Shown here one piece after another: positions 50,642 to 61,532 of a DNA stretch of 64,000 nt. The translations under genes and the position numbers were made by a program. The notes under the pieces were generated by a model. The model saw nothing but the letters and a program-made list of their open reading frames with translations. It was not told the DNA's origin and searched no databases. The stretch is taken from the sequence record SRR31156797_416. The stretch is one strand, 5' to 3'. Numbering within the stretch: the stretch's first letter is position 1; each line of letters begins with the position of its first letter.

Positions 50642-51832
50642 TTAAGCGGTTGCTACTTGTGCGGCCTGAGCGCGTTTCATACGTTTCTTGATATTGCCTT
50701 CCACCACATAATGATCGATTAGCGGAGCAAATACATTCATCAGGAGGATGGCAAGCATCATCCCTTCCGGATAAGCTGGGTTGAAAACCCTGATTACAAC
50801 AGCAAGTACACCTATTAAAATTCCATAAATCCACTTGCCTTTATTGGTTTGCGAAGCACTTACAGGATCAGTGGCCATATAAACGGCACCGAATGCAAAA
50901 CCACCCATTATGAGGTGATAGTAAGCAGGCAGGGCCATGTAGGCATTGTCGATTGAAAATGTACTTGAAAGTAAATTAAGTAATAATCCAGCACCAAGTC
51001 CACCTATAATAACTGAAAGAATAATTCTCCAGCTTCCGATGCCTGTTGCGATCAGAAAAATAGCTCCTATTAAAATCAGGAATGTTGAGGTTTCACCAAT
51101 CGAACCCGGGATAAACCCAAAAAACATATCTGAGACACTTGGAAGTGAAGCCATCAGCTCATCACCGCTATTAGCGGTATTTGTGAGTAATTGGCCCAAT
51201 GGGGTTGCGCCTGAATAAGCATCAGCTTTTTCAGCTATCCACACTTTATCACCGGATAAATCCTGCGGGTAAGCAAAAAATAGAAATGCACGTGCAGTGA
51301 GTGCTGGGTTTAGGATATTCATTCCGGTTCCACCAAACACTTCTTTGCCAATGATCACTGCAAAAATGGTTGCAAGGGCAACCATCCAAAGTGGTGTGTC
51401 AGGAGGGATGATAAGTGGAATAAGTATTCCCGAAACCAGGAATCCTTCATTAACTTCATGTCCGCGAAGCTGAGCGAAAATAAATTCAACTCCAAGCCCA
51501 ACCACATAAGATACCACAACGATAGGCAGAATTTTGCCAAGCCCGAAAAGGAAATTTTCCCAGATCGTAGCTACTTCGCCATGTGATAGATGATGCTGGT
51601 AACCAGCATTCCACATGCCAAAGAGCAGGGTAGGGATAACAGCAATTACCACCACACTCATGGTACGTTTCATATCAATGTAGTCCCTGATATGGCTTCC
51701 AAGCTTCGTAGTTTTGTTAGGCACAAACAAAAAGGTTTCGAAAGCATCAAACGTACTTTGCAGGTACGAAAACTTTCCTCCCTTCTCAAATTGTGGTTTG
51801 ATTTTGTCAACAAAATTTCGAATTGCGTTCAT
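50642..51832 (-). CDS. nqrB: Na(+)-NQR subunit B
   Basis: KEVFGGTG, FMN site SGATPL, PGSIGETS, MATDPVS, YPEG. Confidence 0.96.
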   Translation of the reverse strand: MNAIRNFVDKIKPQFEKGGKFSYLQSTFDAFETFLFVPNKTTKLGSHIRDYIDMKRTMSVVVIAVIPTLLFGMWNAGYQHHLSHGEVATIWENFLFGLGKILPIVVVSYVVGLGVEFIFAQLRGHEVNEGFLVSGILIPLIIPPDTPLWMVALATIFAVIIGKEVFGGTGMNILNPALTARAFLFFAYPQDLSGDKVWIAEKADAYSGATPLGQLLTNTANSGDELMASLPSVSDMFFGFIPGSIGETSTFLILIGAIFLIATGIGSWRIILSVIIGGLGAGLLLNLLSSTFSIDNAYMALPAYYHLIMGGFAFGAVYMATDPVSASQTNKGKWIYGILIGVLAVVIRVFNPAYPEGMMLAILLMNVFAPLIDHYVVEGNIKKRMKRAQAAQVATA

Positions 51833-51855
51833 TATCTAATCATTTATTTATTTCG

Positions 51856-53208
51856 TTAACTCATTTCTTTTCTCATCATGTCAATACCTTTGCGCACAAT
51901 GTGCTGAATCTCGGTCTTCGAGGTATCAATGTATTCTACCAGCGCAAAGTCTTCCTCATCAATCTCGTAGATGCCGAGTTTTTCCATGGCGTCGATGTCT
52001 TCTACCATAATCGATTTGATAAGTTGCATGGGATAAATATCGAATGGAAAAACTTTTTCCATTTCTCCGGTCATTACAAATGCACGTTCGCCACCGTGAT
52101 AATTGGTGTCGAGCCTGTATTTTTTATTTTTACTGTTGAGGAAGGTTGGAAATGATTTGGAAAAGCTGAATTTCCCAATTCCGGGCAACGCCCATCCAAA
52201 CATTTCATAGTAGTCACCTTCGGGTAAAATGGTTACCTGTGAATCGTAGAAGCCTACAAATCCATTTTTATCAATTTGTCTGCCGGTAAGTGCATTTCCG
52301 GATATGTACCTTACTTTACCTGCTTTAACATTGTCCTTGATCAATTCAGAAATGGCAGCGCCATATTTAGTCTTAAAATATTTGGGGCTTTCAACTTCTG
52401 AGCCTGTTAGTGCAATGATGCGTTCAGGGTTAAATCGTCCTTCAAGGAAAAAGCGGCCAATGGTCAGTACTTCCTGTGGGCGGAGATGCCAAACAACTTC
52501 ACCTTTATTCAAAGGATCGATTTTGTTGATTTGAACACCAACATTTCCTGCCGGGTGTGGTCCTTTAAAATAGTTTAACTGAACATTTTTTGAGTTGGTG
52601 AAAACCTTGGATTTGGCTTCACGCGCAGGCAGGTTCAGATGAACAGTTCCGTCGGTAAGTTTTTTAATGGCATCAATTCCTGCCTGAAAAGCTTCGCCAT
52701 GGCCATGAACGATCAGATCGTAATCCGGAGCAAGTGGTGCAGAATCGAATCCGGAAATAAATATGGACTTGGGAGTATCTTCAGGATCGGCAATTGTTGT
52801 GTAAGGACGCTGCCTTATCATAGGCCAAATGCCGCTTTGGAGCAGTTTTTCGATAATTTGCTCACGGCCTAATGCATTTGGATCGGCCTTGCCAAAATCA
52901 ACATATACCTGCTCGGCATCAGCTTTAATGGTAACTTCAAGAAGTACCCTTTTGGCTCCACGCCTTATTTCTTTCACAGTTCCACTCACCGGCGAACTGA
53001 ATTTAATGTTGTCGCGGTACTTATCATAAAAGATTTGTGTACCGGCTTTTACCACGTCACCTTCCTGAACCAGAAGCTTTGGAAAAATACCATGGAAGTC
53101 GATGGGCTTAATGGCGTAAAAGCCAGCCTCAACTTCTGTAATGGTCTTTTCGGCCTCTCCCAGAAGGTTGATGTTTAAACCTTGTTTAATAGTGATCGTT
53201 TTCGACAT
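51856..53208 (-). CDS. nqrA: Na(+)-NQR subunit A
   Basis: GLNINLLG, SPVSGTV, GPHPAG, EEDFAL; operon position. Confidence 0.96.
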   Translation of the reverse strand: MSKTITIKQGLNINLLGEAEKTITEVEAGFYAIKPIDFHGIFPKLLVQEGDVVKAGTQIFYDKYRDNIKFSSPVSGTVKEIRRGAKRVLLEVTIKADAEQVYVDFGKADPNALGREQIIEKLLQSGIWPMIRQRPYTTIADPEDTPKSIFISGFDSAPLAPDYDLIVHGHGEAFQAGIDAIKKLTDGTVHLNLPAREAKSKVFTNSKNVQLNYFKGPHPAGNVGVQINKIDPLNKGEVVWHLRPQEVLTIGRFFLEGRFNPERIIALTGSEVESPKYFKTKYGAAISELIKDNVKAGKVRYISGNALTGRQIDKNGFVGFYDSQVTILPEGDYYEMFGWALPGIGKFSFSKSFPTFLNSKNKKYRLDTNYHGGERAFVMTGEMEKVFPFDIYPMQLIKSIMVEDIDAMEKLGIYEIDEEDFALVEYIDTSKTEIQHIVRKGIDMMRKEMS

Positions 53209-53442
53209 ATTGTTGTTTCAAAATGGTACCTGATTCATTGAATTTTTGTGTCCTTTTCCGCGAAAAGCGTTGCAATAATATGAATTAAAATTGTTGTACA
53301 TCCATAGGTTTTGTCAATTTTAATTCACTGAATGTTAATATTCAGGCATTGTTGATATATCTGTTCAAAAAGGTTGATCTAGGTCAGCTTTTTGCATGCC
53401 AATTAACAGAAAAATCAAAACAAAAATTTCAAATAGCGGCTG

Positions 53443-53450
53443 CAAAAATA
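53443..53450 (-). promoter_or_regulatory. Candidate -7 promoter element for nqr
   Basis: TATTTTTG on the minus strand matches the Bacteroidota TAnnTTTG consensus. Confidence 0.45.
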
Positions 53451-53740
53451 TGTAAATATTTAGATGTATTGTTAATTTGTTAACAAAAAAAATATTCAAG
53501 GGTTTAAATGCTTAAATGATATTTCCGGGTTCGGTAAAAATGTTTTTTTTTCCTGGCACTAGTCTTAAAGGTTCACCTGATTATTAATAATGTTTCAAAA
53601 TGGTCGAATTGATTTCATTTTTTAGGGATTCAAAATTTTTGGCTAACCTTTTGATGATTTGCCTGGTTTTTGATAAGCATCATGCAGAATTAGGTTATTT
53701 TTGAAGCAATTTATCATCCATACATCAAACCCAAAATCAC

Positions 53741-55048
53741 ATGAAGAATTTAATTTTTGTACTGTTTTTAGCGGGATTTACAGCTTTGTGGGCCTATGGC
53801 CAGCAAGATGGCAGTTATGATTATTACCAGGAAAACTTTATCAGGAATTCGGATTACATCTATAGGGACAATATTAAAACAGTGCTTGTTTACAAGGACG
53901 GGGAGCAGATGGTTGAACCGGTTCTGCTTCTAAACTCCGACGACCGGTTAATTTTCAGGTTTGATGATTTGGATGCGGACTATAAAAAATACGAATACAC
54001 CATTATCCACTGTGATTCCGACTGGAATGAGTCTGATTTGATGCCCAATGAATACCTGGAGAGTTTTCAGGATGATTTTATTGATAACTTTCAATATTCG
54101 GTAAACACCATGGAAAGTTATACCCACTATTGGAAAACCCTGCCCAATGATATCATTAGCTGGCGATTGTCGGGAAATTACCTGTTAAAAGTATACCTGG
54201 ATGGTGACCCTGAAAATGTAGTTTTTACCCGCCGGTTTTTCGTGGTTGACCCAAAGGTGAGTATTTTGGCAAGGGTAAGTAAACCTGCCAAAATCTCTGA
54301 AAGAGATACCCGTCAGGAAGTCAGATTCAGTATCCAAACTGCAGGGTTGCAATTGAGCGATCCTTATCGTGAAATTGATGTAACCATCAGGCAGAACGGC
54401 CGATGGGATAATGCCATAACCGACCTTCAGCCAAGGCTGATCACCGGAACGGAACTTTTGTATGACCACGACGAGATAAATGTTTTTGATGGAGGAAATG
54501 CATTTCGTTATTTCGACCTAAAGAGTTTGCGTTACAACTCTTTCAGGGTGGGGGCCATCGAATATACCCCGCAGGATGGTTACCAGGTGTTTTTGCATGA
54601 CGATGAAGTGAAGAAAAAAAATGTTTTTGAAAGTGTTCAGGAGAGCATGAATGGCCGGTTTTTGATCAAAACCGAGGACATGTACAATACCAACTTTGAG
54701 GCTGATTACGCCAATGTTCATTTTTTTATCCCTTATAAAACCCCGCTCATTCAGGGAGAACTTTACATCATGGGTGGCCTCACTTACTGGCAGTATCTTC
54801 CCGGAGCCAAGCTATCCTACAACTACGATCGTGGGGGTTTTGAAGGTTCGTTGTTGCTCAAGCAGGGGTATTACAATTACCATTTCCTGATGTTACCCAA
54901 TGATTCAAAGATCGGGGAATACGAAATGATGGAGGGGAACTTCTTTGATATGAATAACGAATACAATTTTTATATATATTACAAGCCGCTGGGTGGTAGG
55001 TACGACAGGCTTGTAAACGTAACCCGGATTTTGGCCTTCCCCAATTAA
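53741..55048 (+). CDS. DUF5103 protein (T9SS plug protein family)
   Basis: Signal peptide, FDDL, YTIIHC, SGNYLL, QNGRWDN, LLKQGYYNY; TATTTTTG at 53696-53703. Confidence 0.8.
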   Translation: MKNLIFVLFLAGFTALWAYGQQDGSYDYYQENFIRNSDYIYRDNIKTVLVYKDGEQMVEPVLLLNSDDRLIFRFDDLDADYKKYEYTIIHCDSDWNESDLMPNEYLESFQDDFIDNFQYSVNTMESYTHYWKTLPNDIISWRLSGNYLLKVYLDGDPENVVFTRRFFVVDPKVSILARVSKPAKISERDTRQEVRFSIQTAGLQLSDPYREIDVTIRQNGRWDNAITDLQPRLITGTELLYDHDEINVFDGGNAFRYFDLKSLRYNSFRVGAIEYTPQDGYQVFLHDDEVKKKNVFESVQESMNGRFLIKTEDMYNTNFEADYANVHFFIPYKTPLIQGELYIMGGLTYWQYLPGAKLSYNYDRGGFEGSLLLKQGYYNYHFLMLPNDSKIGEYEMMEGNFFDMNNEYNFYIYYKPLGGRYDRLVNVTRILAFPN

Positions 55049-55056
55049 ATAATTAA

Positions 55057-56307
55057 CTAAGCAAGGTGTCTGAGATTTCGTTTGAATATCATCGTTGAGA
55101 TTGTAGTCATTACTCCGCCGATTAAAATAAGTACCCCAATTTTGGTGAGCAGGCCCGATACATCGGAACCGCGGCCCAACACATCATAAAATCCCTGTAT
55201 TGCCCAGTAGTTGACTGATATTACAGCCATTTTCTGCATGATCTCAGGCATAAAGAACAAAGGTATCATGCTACCACCAATGGCCGACATAATAAGGATA
55301 ATGATGGTTGAAAGGCTTTCGGCCTGTTTGCGGCTGGTTGAAATGGCAGCAATAAAAAGCCCGAAACCTGAACATGCAAAGGCTGTTGCCAGGATCAATA
55401 TCATCAGCATCAAAGGATTATCGCCAATATCCAGGCCCAGGACCAACCACGAGTAAATCAACATCACAACCAACTGTATTGTGCTGAGCACAACTGCGTT
55501 GATCATTTTTCCATACATGATAAATTGTGGATTAACCGGTGCATATAAAAGCCTTTTCAGTGTGCCGTCTTCCCTTTCACCTAAGATGGTGCTGCCCATC
55601 CCGGCAACGCTAAAGAGTAGCATCATAACGGCAGTTCCGGCAAATGACTGGATAAGCGCCCAGTTGACTGATTTTTTTCGTGACAGGGATGTGATTTCAA
55701 AGCTGCCCATTTCGTCCATCACGCTGCCTTTTTCAGCAACCCCATTTTCATCGTCTGAAGATTCAAACTGAAGGGCAATTTCTTCTTCTATCGTTCCCAT
55801 GATTGAGGGATCGATGTCCGGGTACCGATCGGTTATGGAGCGCACTATTTTCTTTTTCAGGGTTTCTGATCCCAGTATTTCCATCAGGTTGCTGATAAGG
55901 GCATACTGCACAAGTCCGGCCTCCATTTCGCGGGCTTCATCGTAAAAGAGCTCTATAGGTTCTTTTGCTCCGGATTCAATTGAATCGGCAAAACCTTTAT
56001 AAAATACCAGCATGGCGAGTTTGTTGCCATTCATGATCTCGTTTTTGCCCGATTCAAAATCGATGGGTGAAAGGTTGATCTCTTCGAGTTCTCCTAATTT
56101 TTGGATGATTTGCTGCGACTTTGTCGTGCTGTCAAGGTCGGCCATGAAAATATTGACCGGGCTCTGTTCCGTATCATCGCCGCCAAGTCCGCCAAATGCC
56201 AGTCCAAATAAACTGATCAGTGCAATCGGGAGCAGAAAAGTGAGCAACACGGCTTTGATGTCACGTAAAAATATTTTGAAATCTTTTATGGCAATTCTTA
56301 GCATCAT
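55057..56307 (-). CDS. ABC-2 type exporter permease
   Basis: N-terminal TM, large loop, EREDGTLKRL, IGGSMIP. Confidence 0.88.
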   Translation of the reverse strand: MMLRIAIKDFKIFLRDIKAVLLTFLLPIALISLFGLAFGGLGGDDTEQSPVNIFMADLDSTTKSQQIIQKLGELEEINLSPIDFESGKNEIMNGNKLAMLVFYKGFADSIESGAKEPIELFYDEAREMEAGLVQYALISNLMEILGSETLKKKIVRSITDRYPDIDPSIMGTIEEEIALQFESSDDENGVAEKGSVMDEMGSFEITSLSRKKSVNWALIQSFAGTAVMMLLFSVAGMGSTILGEREDGTLKRLLYAPVNPQFIMYGKMINAVVLSTIQLVVMLIYSWLVLGLDIGDNPLMLMILILATAFACSGFGLFIAAISTSRKQAESLSTIIILIMSAIGGSMIPLFFMPEIMQKMAVISVNYWAIQGFYDVLGRGSDVSGLLTKIGVLILIGGVMTTISTMIFKRNLRHLA

Positions 56308-56325
56308 AATTTCTGTTTGAAAGGG

Positions 56326-57261
56326 TTAGTTGTCACGCAGTTTTCTGCCGGTAAGGATCAGGAAAACCTGCTCCAGGCTTGATTGTTCAATTTCGATGTG
56401 CGTTAACGATTTGCAGTTTTCCATACATTTTTTAATCAGTACCGGCAATTCCTTTGAAACATTTTTTGCAGCAAATACGATTTTATCTTTTTCAATGCTT
56501 ATGCTTTCTCCAAATTCCTGTTTTAGGTTTTGTAAACCTTCGTCATCGTTTTTCTCAAAATGGATCATGATATTTTGATCAGAACCCGTCAGTTTCCTCA
56601 ATTCATCCATGGTTCCGCGGGCAATAATTTCTCCGTGGTCGATGATCCCGATCCGGTTACAAAGCTTTTCCACCTCATCCATATAGTGGGTGGTATAAAT
56701 GATGGTGATTCCCTGGCTGGAGAATTGTGCCAGTACATCATAAATTTTATTCCGGCTTTGTGGATCCACGCCAACTGTCGGCTCGTCCATCAGCAAGATA
56801 TCGGGCTCGTGTAGCATTGCGGCAGCGATGTTTATGCGACGTTTCATGCCCCCTGAAAACGTTTTGATCAGGGAATTTTGCCGATCCTTCAACTCAAATA
56901 AGTCCAGCAGTTCATTAGCCCGTTCCTTTGCGTTACTTTTGGATAATCCATACATGCCTCCCCAGAATATCAGGTTTTCAAGTGCTGTAAGTTCGTCGTA
57001 CAGTGCCAGTTCCTGCGGAACGATGCCAATGGATTGCTTACACTTTGCAGGTTCTTTCCTGAGGTCATAACCATTTATTGTTACTTCCCCGGCATCTGGT
57101 TTCATCACGGTGCTGAGTATGTTTATGGTAGTAGTTTTACCTGCACCATTTGGCCCGAGCAATCCTAAGAATTCTCCCTGCTCTATTTCAAGGTCAATAT
57201 TTTTTACGGCTTCAATTTTGCCAAATGACTTGAGGAGGTTTTTTATTTTGATGATTTTCAT
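56326..57261 (-). CDS. ABC exporter ATP-binding protein
   Basis: GPNGAGKTT, FSGGMKRR, MDEPT, TTHYM; TACCTTTG at 57381-57388. Confidence 0.93.
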   Translation of the reverse strand: MKIIKIKNLLKSFGKIEAVKNIDLEIEQGEFLGLLGPNGAGKTTTINILSTVMKPDAGEVTINGYDLRKEPAKCKQSIGIVPQELALYDELTALENLIFWGGMYGLSKSNAKERANELLDLFELKDRQNSLIKTFSGGMKRRINIAAAMLHEPDILLMDEPTVGVDPQSRNKIYDVLAQFSSQGITIIYTTHYMDEVEKLCNRIGIIDHGEIIARGTMDELRKLTGSDQNIMIHFEKNDDEGLQNLKQEFGESISIEKDKIVFAAKNVSKELPVLIKKCMENCKSLTHIEIEQSSLEQVFLILTGRKLRDN

Positions 57262-57445
57262 GCGATACTTTTTATGCCGACAGCGTTGTGATAATTGGAA
57301 GAGTCGGTTTATGAATGAAGACTTTTGCCGGGTTAACCGGAGCAGACCCCCAACCGGCGTAGTCAATTTTCACAATGTTACAAAGGTAGAAAAATAGCAG
57401 GTAGCGGTGTAACTTACCAGGTTTGTTCAAAATTTGACGCCCCAA

Positions 57446-58603
57446 TTATTGAAGCAGGATTTTTTTTGTGTTGATTATTTGACCCTCTTGGGTCTTAAAC
57501 TGAACGAAGTAGATCGTCCTTTGCATATCCTTCACAGAAATCAATATTTCGCATAAACCGTCAACCGGAAATGCCATGATCGCTTTGCCCAATTGATTAA
57601 TTATATGAATGGATTTTATAGCCTGATCATCCCAGCTTATTTTCAATTCAGAATTAGCGGGATTGGGAAATATTAAGATGTTGAGTGGGTTGGGCTTTGG
57701 TGCTTGCAGATTTGTGGGAATAATCGAGCCATTGATATCAAACTTCCTGAAAAAATGCCAGATTTCTACAGATGCATTAATGTCCTGGTTTGTATTTCCT
57801 GAACCGCTTGAAAAGTTACTGCCTGGCCAGGTGTGGCCACCGTTGACAATTTTATAATGCTCAACTGAAGCACCATTTAGTCCATTGCCAAAGTACTGAT
57901 ACTCGGCTGTACATCCGTCGTTAGGATCCACATCAGGCATTTGTGTAATTTCCGGAGTGATGTTGCACTGATTTTGATTGATCCAAAATTCAAGTACATC
58001 GGGGATGGCCTCCATAAAAGCATTTCCTGTATAGGGGACAACAAAATCGGCAGTGCCGTGGATTTCCATAACCGGCACCGGTGGATTTGGATAACAGGTA
58101 TTTTGTGTGTTCGCAACCATGGTTCCTGTCACAGACGCAATGGCTGCAATCCGGTAACTCAACTCGCAGGCCAGGGTATAGCTCATGAAACCTCCGTTGG
58201 ACATTCCTGTACTGAAAACCCTGTCCTGATCAATGGTGTATGCCGATGATAAAGTATCTATCAGTGCTTCGGTAAAACCAACATCATCTGCATCGCCACC
58301 CCAGTTTGCGTTCCAGTATGTGTTTCCTGAATTATCGAGGGTACCCATGGGGTGTACCAAAAGAAAACCTGCTGTATCACTTAATGGCCGGAAGTCTCCA
58401 TATATCATCTGCTCAAAAGCTGAGCTTGTATAGCCGTGAAAATTGATAACCAGTGGGGTTTCATATTCCGGGTCATACGAATCCGGAATGTAAAGTATAA
58501 AAGACCGTTGCAGGTTGTCATGGGTAATGGTGTCGTATATGGTTTGCTGGCAGTGTGCAGCTACGGATAATGTCAACATCGAAATGATCAGTAAATACTT
58601 CAT
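57446..58603 (-). CDS. LpqC/PHB-depolymerase-like alpha/beta-hydrolase esterase with a T9SS CTD
   Basis: Signal peptide, FHGY, GMSNGG, HGTAD, GGHTWPG, IFPNPA...KKILLQ. Confidence 0.85.
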   Translation of the reverse strand: MKYLLIISMLTLSVAAHCQQTIYDTITHDNLQRSFILYIPDSYDPEYETPLVINFHGYTSSAFEQMIYGDFRPLSDTAGFLLVHPMGTLDNSGNTYWNANWGGDADDVGFTEALIDTLSSAYTIDQDRVFSTGMSNGGFMSYTLACELSYRIAAIASVTGTMVANTQNTCYPNPPVPVMEIHGTADFVVPYTGNAFMEAIPDVLEFWINQNQCNITPEITQMPDVDPNDGCTAEYQYFGNGLNGASVEHYKIVNGGHTWPGSNFSSGSGNTNQDINASVEIWHFFRKFDINGSIIPTNLQAPKPNPLNILIFPNPANSELKISWDDQAIKSIHIINQLGKAIMAFPVDGLCEILISVKDMQRTIYFVQFKTQEGQIINTKKILLQ

Positions 58604-58846
58604 GGTTTGCAATGGCTATTTATTGGACTTCAAAAATAGCCAAACTATATTACTTACGTACATAATGTGCAAAATGGCCGGAAAACGCTTGATTTGAAAG
58701 GTAACTGAATTTTGTTTTATATATCAATGATCCTTTTCATACATCCTTTAGAATCAATTTTTGATGCAAATTCCTATGGAAAAGATGGGTACATATTAAA
58801 TTCTATTGTTATTTTGCGTTTGAATAACAAATTAAACTGGAAACAG

Positions 58847-59665
58847 ATGAAATCCAAAGCACGCACAATAATATTCACTTTGCTTTTAATGGTATCCGGG
58901 TGGATTATACCATCCTGCTCAACAGTGCCCCTTACCGGCCGTCAGCAGCTTAGCCTGTTGCCCGAATCAGAATTAATATCCATGAGTATTACCAGTTACG
59001 ACCAGTTTTTAAACGAAAATAAACTTTCAGGCAACCAACGCCAGGTGGAAATGGTGAACAGGGTTGGGAATAAAATTGCAAAGGCTGTTGTCGGGTATAT
59101 GGATGAAAATGGGTTGGGCGACCGGGTTAAAAATTATAACTGGGAGTTTAACCTGGTGGATGAGGATGTCCCCAACGCATGGTGCATGCCCGGAGGAAAG
59201 GTGGTGGTTTATTCAGGGATCTTGCCTGTTACCCAAACCGAAGGTGGACTGGCTGTGGTTATGGGGCACGAAATCGCCCATGCAATTGCCAGGCATGGCA
59301 ATGAGCGCATGAGTCAGGCCATGCTGATCCAAACAGGCGGGCTGGCACTGGCAGCAGCCATTGATGAAAAACCCGAAGAAACAAAAGGTTTGTTTATGAT
59401 GGCTTATGGTGTTGGTACAAGTGTTGGCGTAAGCCTCCCATACTCACGTGCTCACGAAACCGAAGCTGATAAACTGGGATTAATCTTTATGGCAATGGCT
59501 GGTTACGATCCCGGCCAGGCTGTCGATTTCTGGGAAAGGATGTCACAGGCTGGCGGACAGAAACCTCCTGAATTTCTCAGTACTCACCCTTCAGATCAAA
59601 CCCGAATATCTGATTTGAAAGCTTTTTTACCAGAAGCCATGCAATATTATAAAGGCGGCAGGTAA
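58847..59665 (+). CDS. M48 family metallopeptidase lipoprotein
   Basis: PSC lipobox, NAWCMPGGK, HEIAH, YSRAHETEAD, STHPS. Confidence 0.92.
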   Translation: MKSKARTIIFTLLLMVSGWIIPSCSTVPLTGRQQLSLLPESELISMSITSYDQFLNENKLSGNQRQVEMVNRVGNKIAKAVVGYMDENGLGDRVKNYNWEFNLVDEDVPNAWCMPGGKVVVYSGILPVTQTEGGLAVVMGHEIAHAIARHGNERMSQAMLIQTGGLALAAAIDEKPEETKGLFMMAYGVGTSVGVSLPYSRAHETEADKLGLIFMAMAGYDPGQAVDFWERMSQAGGQKPPEFLSTHPSDQTRISDLKAFLPEAMQYYKGGR

Positions 59666-59780
59666 TACGGTCAACAGGTAAAAAACAAATTTTTTAGCCT
59701 GAAAATCTGATTTTTAATTATCTTGTCTAAGATTCAAAAAAGTAGTCTGGTTGTTTGTTTTATGGTGTAAAATTTTTAAA

Positions 59781-60419
59781 ATGATGATTTCTGAACAACT
59801 CTATGCTAAATACTTACAGGGGCTTCTTGCCGGAAAGCGACGAATTTGTCATGATATCGTTTCCGATTTGCTTGACAATGAGGTTGACATAAAAGATCTT
59901 TATGTTCACCTTTTTCAGCGTGCACTTTATCAGGTAGGTGAACTTTGGGAAAACAACAAAATTTCAGTAGCCACAGAACACATCGCAACTGCAATTACAG
60001 AAGGCTTGCTATCACTGGTTTATCCGAAAATTTTCGAAGCTGACCATAGTGGCAAAAAAGCGGTTATTGCATGTGTGCCAAATGAGTTTCATCAAATTGG
60101 GGCAAAAATGGTGGCTGATACATTTGAGTTGAATGGATGGGATGGCCATTTTGTTGGTGCAAATACCCCAGCCTCAGAGCTGATGAAATTAATTCAGGAT
60201 AATGATCCGGACGTGATCGCGCTTTCACTTAGTATCTATTTCAACCTTTCAGGGTTTGAAAAAATGGTTTCTGATATCAGGCGTGAATTTCCTGATACAC
60301 CCATATGGGCAGGAGGTCAGGCTTTTCGTTGGGGTGGTAAAGATATTCTTGATAAATATCAAAATACCCACTTCGTAGATTCTCTTCACGTGCTTGAGAA
60401 AAAACTTCACACCAATTAG
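59781..60419 (+). CDS. Stand-alone cobalamin-binding protein with CarH-type motifs
   Basis: W-x9-EH (WENNKISVATEH), ExHxxG (EFHQIG), GGQ; no DNA-binding domain. Confidence 0.85.
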   Translation: MMISEQLYAKYLQGLLAGKRRICHDIVSDLLDNEVDIKDLYVHLFQRALYQVGELWENNKISVATEHIATAITEGLLSLVYPKIFEADHSGKKAVIACVPNEFHQIGAKMVADTFELNGWDGHFVGANTPASELMKLIQDNDPDVIALSLSIYFNLSGFEKMVSDIRREFPDTPIWAGGQAFRWGGKDILDKYQNTHFVDSLHVLEKKLHTN

Positions 60420-60425
60420 CATATT

Positions 60426-61532
60426 ATGGAGATTTATGAAACTTTTCTTTTTGATAAAGCAGCCATCATCTACCTGGAAACTACCGCGGATTGGGAAATC
60501 ATCCGTGCCAATGAATTTGTTTCGAAGCTTTATGGTAAACCACTGATTGGATTAAGTTTCAAGGATTTTATTCTTGATTTTTCGGGTTCAATGGATTTAC
60601 AGAGATTTATTGAAAATGGGAAAAATAAGCATATGCTTAACGTCACAACCTCATCAGGGTTGCCACAAACATTTTATTTTACATTTTACCAGGATAAGGA
60701 AAAGGCTATAATAAGGGTGTTTGGTGAGTCTAACTCATTTGAAATTAGTGAATTGAAGAAGACAATGATTTCATTGAATAACGAACTGAATAACCTGACC
60801 CGTGAACTGCAAAAAAAGAATGTGCAACTCAATAAACTGAATGATCAGAAAAATGAGTTCATTGGGATGGCGGCACATGACCTGAGAAACCCGATAAGTA
60901 TCATCATTGGCTACAGCGAATTTGTTCTTGAAGAAGCCGAAGGTAAGTTACCCGAATCTCATTTAAAGTTCCTGAAGATTATTCTCAACTCTAGTGAATT
61001 TATGCTGAAGATGCTGAACGAACTGTTGGATATTGCCAAAATAGAGTCAGGTAAATTACAGCTCAATCGTCAAAAGGTTAACCCGGAAAAGCTTATCAAC
61101 GGCAATGTTACACTGAACCGGGTTATTGCAGCGAAGAAAGATATGAATATCAATGTGGAGATTTACGAACAGTTACCTGAGCTGTATGCCGATCCGGATA
61201 AAATAGAACAGGTGTTGAATAACCTGATTTCTAATGCGATAAAGTTTTCAAACCCGATGACCACAATTACTGTAAGTGCGTTTCGGTCAAAAAATGAAGT
61301 TACGATCCTGGTAAAAGACCAGGGACTTGGCATAAATGAGTCGGACAAAGAGAAACTCTTTAAGCCTTTTTCGAAATTTTCAACAAAGTCTACTGGTGGC
61401 GAAAGGAGTACAGGTCTGGGCCTTACCATAACCAAAAAAATCATCATAGGTCATGGCGGCAAAATTTGGCTTGAAAGTGAAGTGGGTGAAGGGACCACAT
61501 TCTATTTTAGCCTCCCGGTTAGTAAGAAATAG
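60426..61532 (+). CDS. Soluble sensor histidine kinase
   Basis: PAS-like N-terminus, coiled coil, AHDLRNP H-box, NNLISNAIKF, DQGLG, GLGL; no TM segment. Confidence 0.92.
   Translation: MEIYETFLFDKAAIIYLETTADWEIIRANEFVSKLYGKPLIGLSFKDFILDFSGSMDLQRFIENGKNKHMLNVTTSSGLPQTFYFTFYQDKEKAIIRVFGESNSFEISELKKTMISLNNELNNLTRELQKKNVQLNKLNDQKNEFIGMAAHDLRNPISIIIGYSEFVLEEAEGKLPESHLKFLKIILNSSEFMLKMLNELLDIAKIESGKLQLNRQKVNPEKLINGNVTLNRVIAAKKDMNINVEIYEQLPELYADPDKIEQVLNNLISNAIKFSNPMTTITVSAFRSKNEVTILVKDQGLGINESDKEKLFKPFSKFSTKSTGGERSTGLGLTITKKIIIGHGGKIWLESEVGEGTTFYFSLPVSKK

Noticed and set aside
50631-50834. N-terminal extension of NqrC shown in the ORF track
   Set aside because: It overlaps nqrB out of frame; NqrC similarity starts at MFTNRY (50630).
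51856-55048. Functional link between nqr and the divergent T9SS plug gene
   Set aside because: Only adjacency supports it, and the two have separate candidate promoters.
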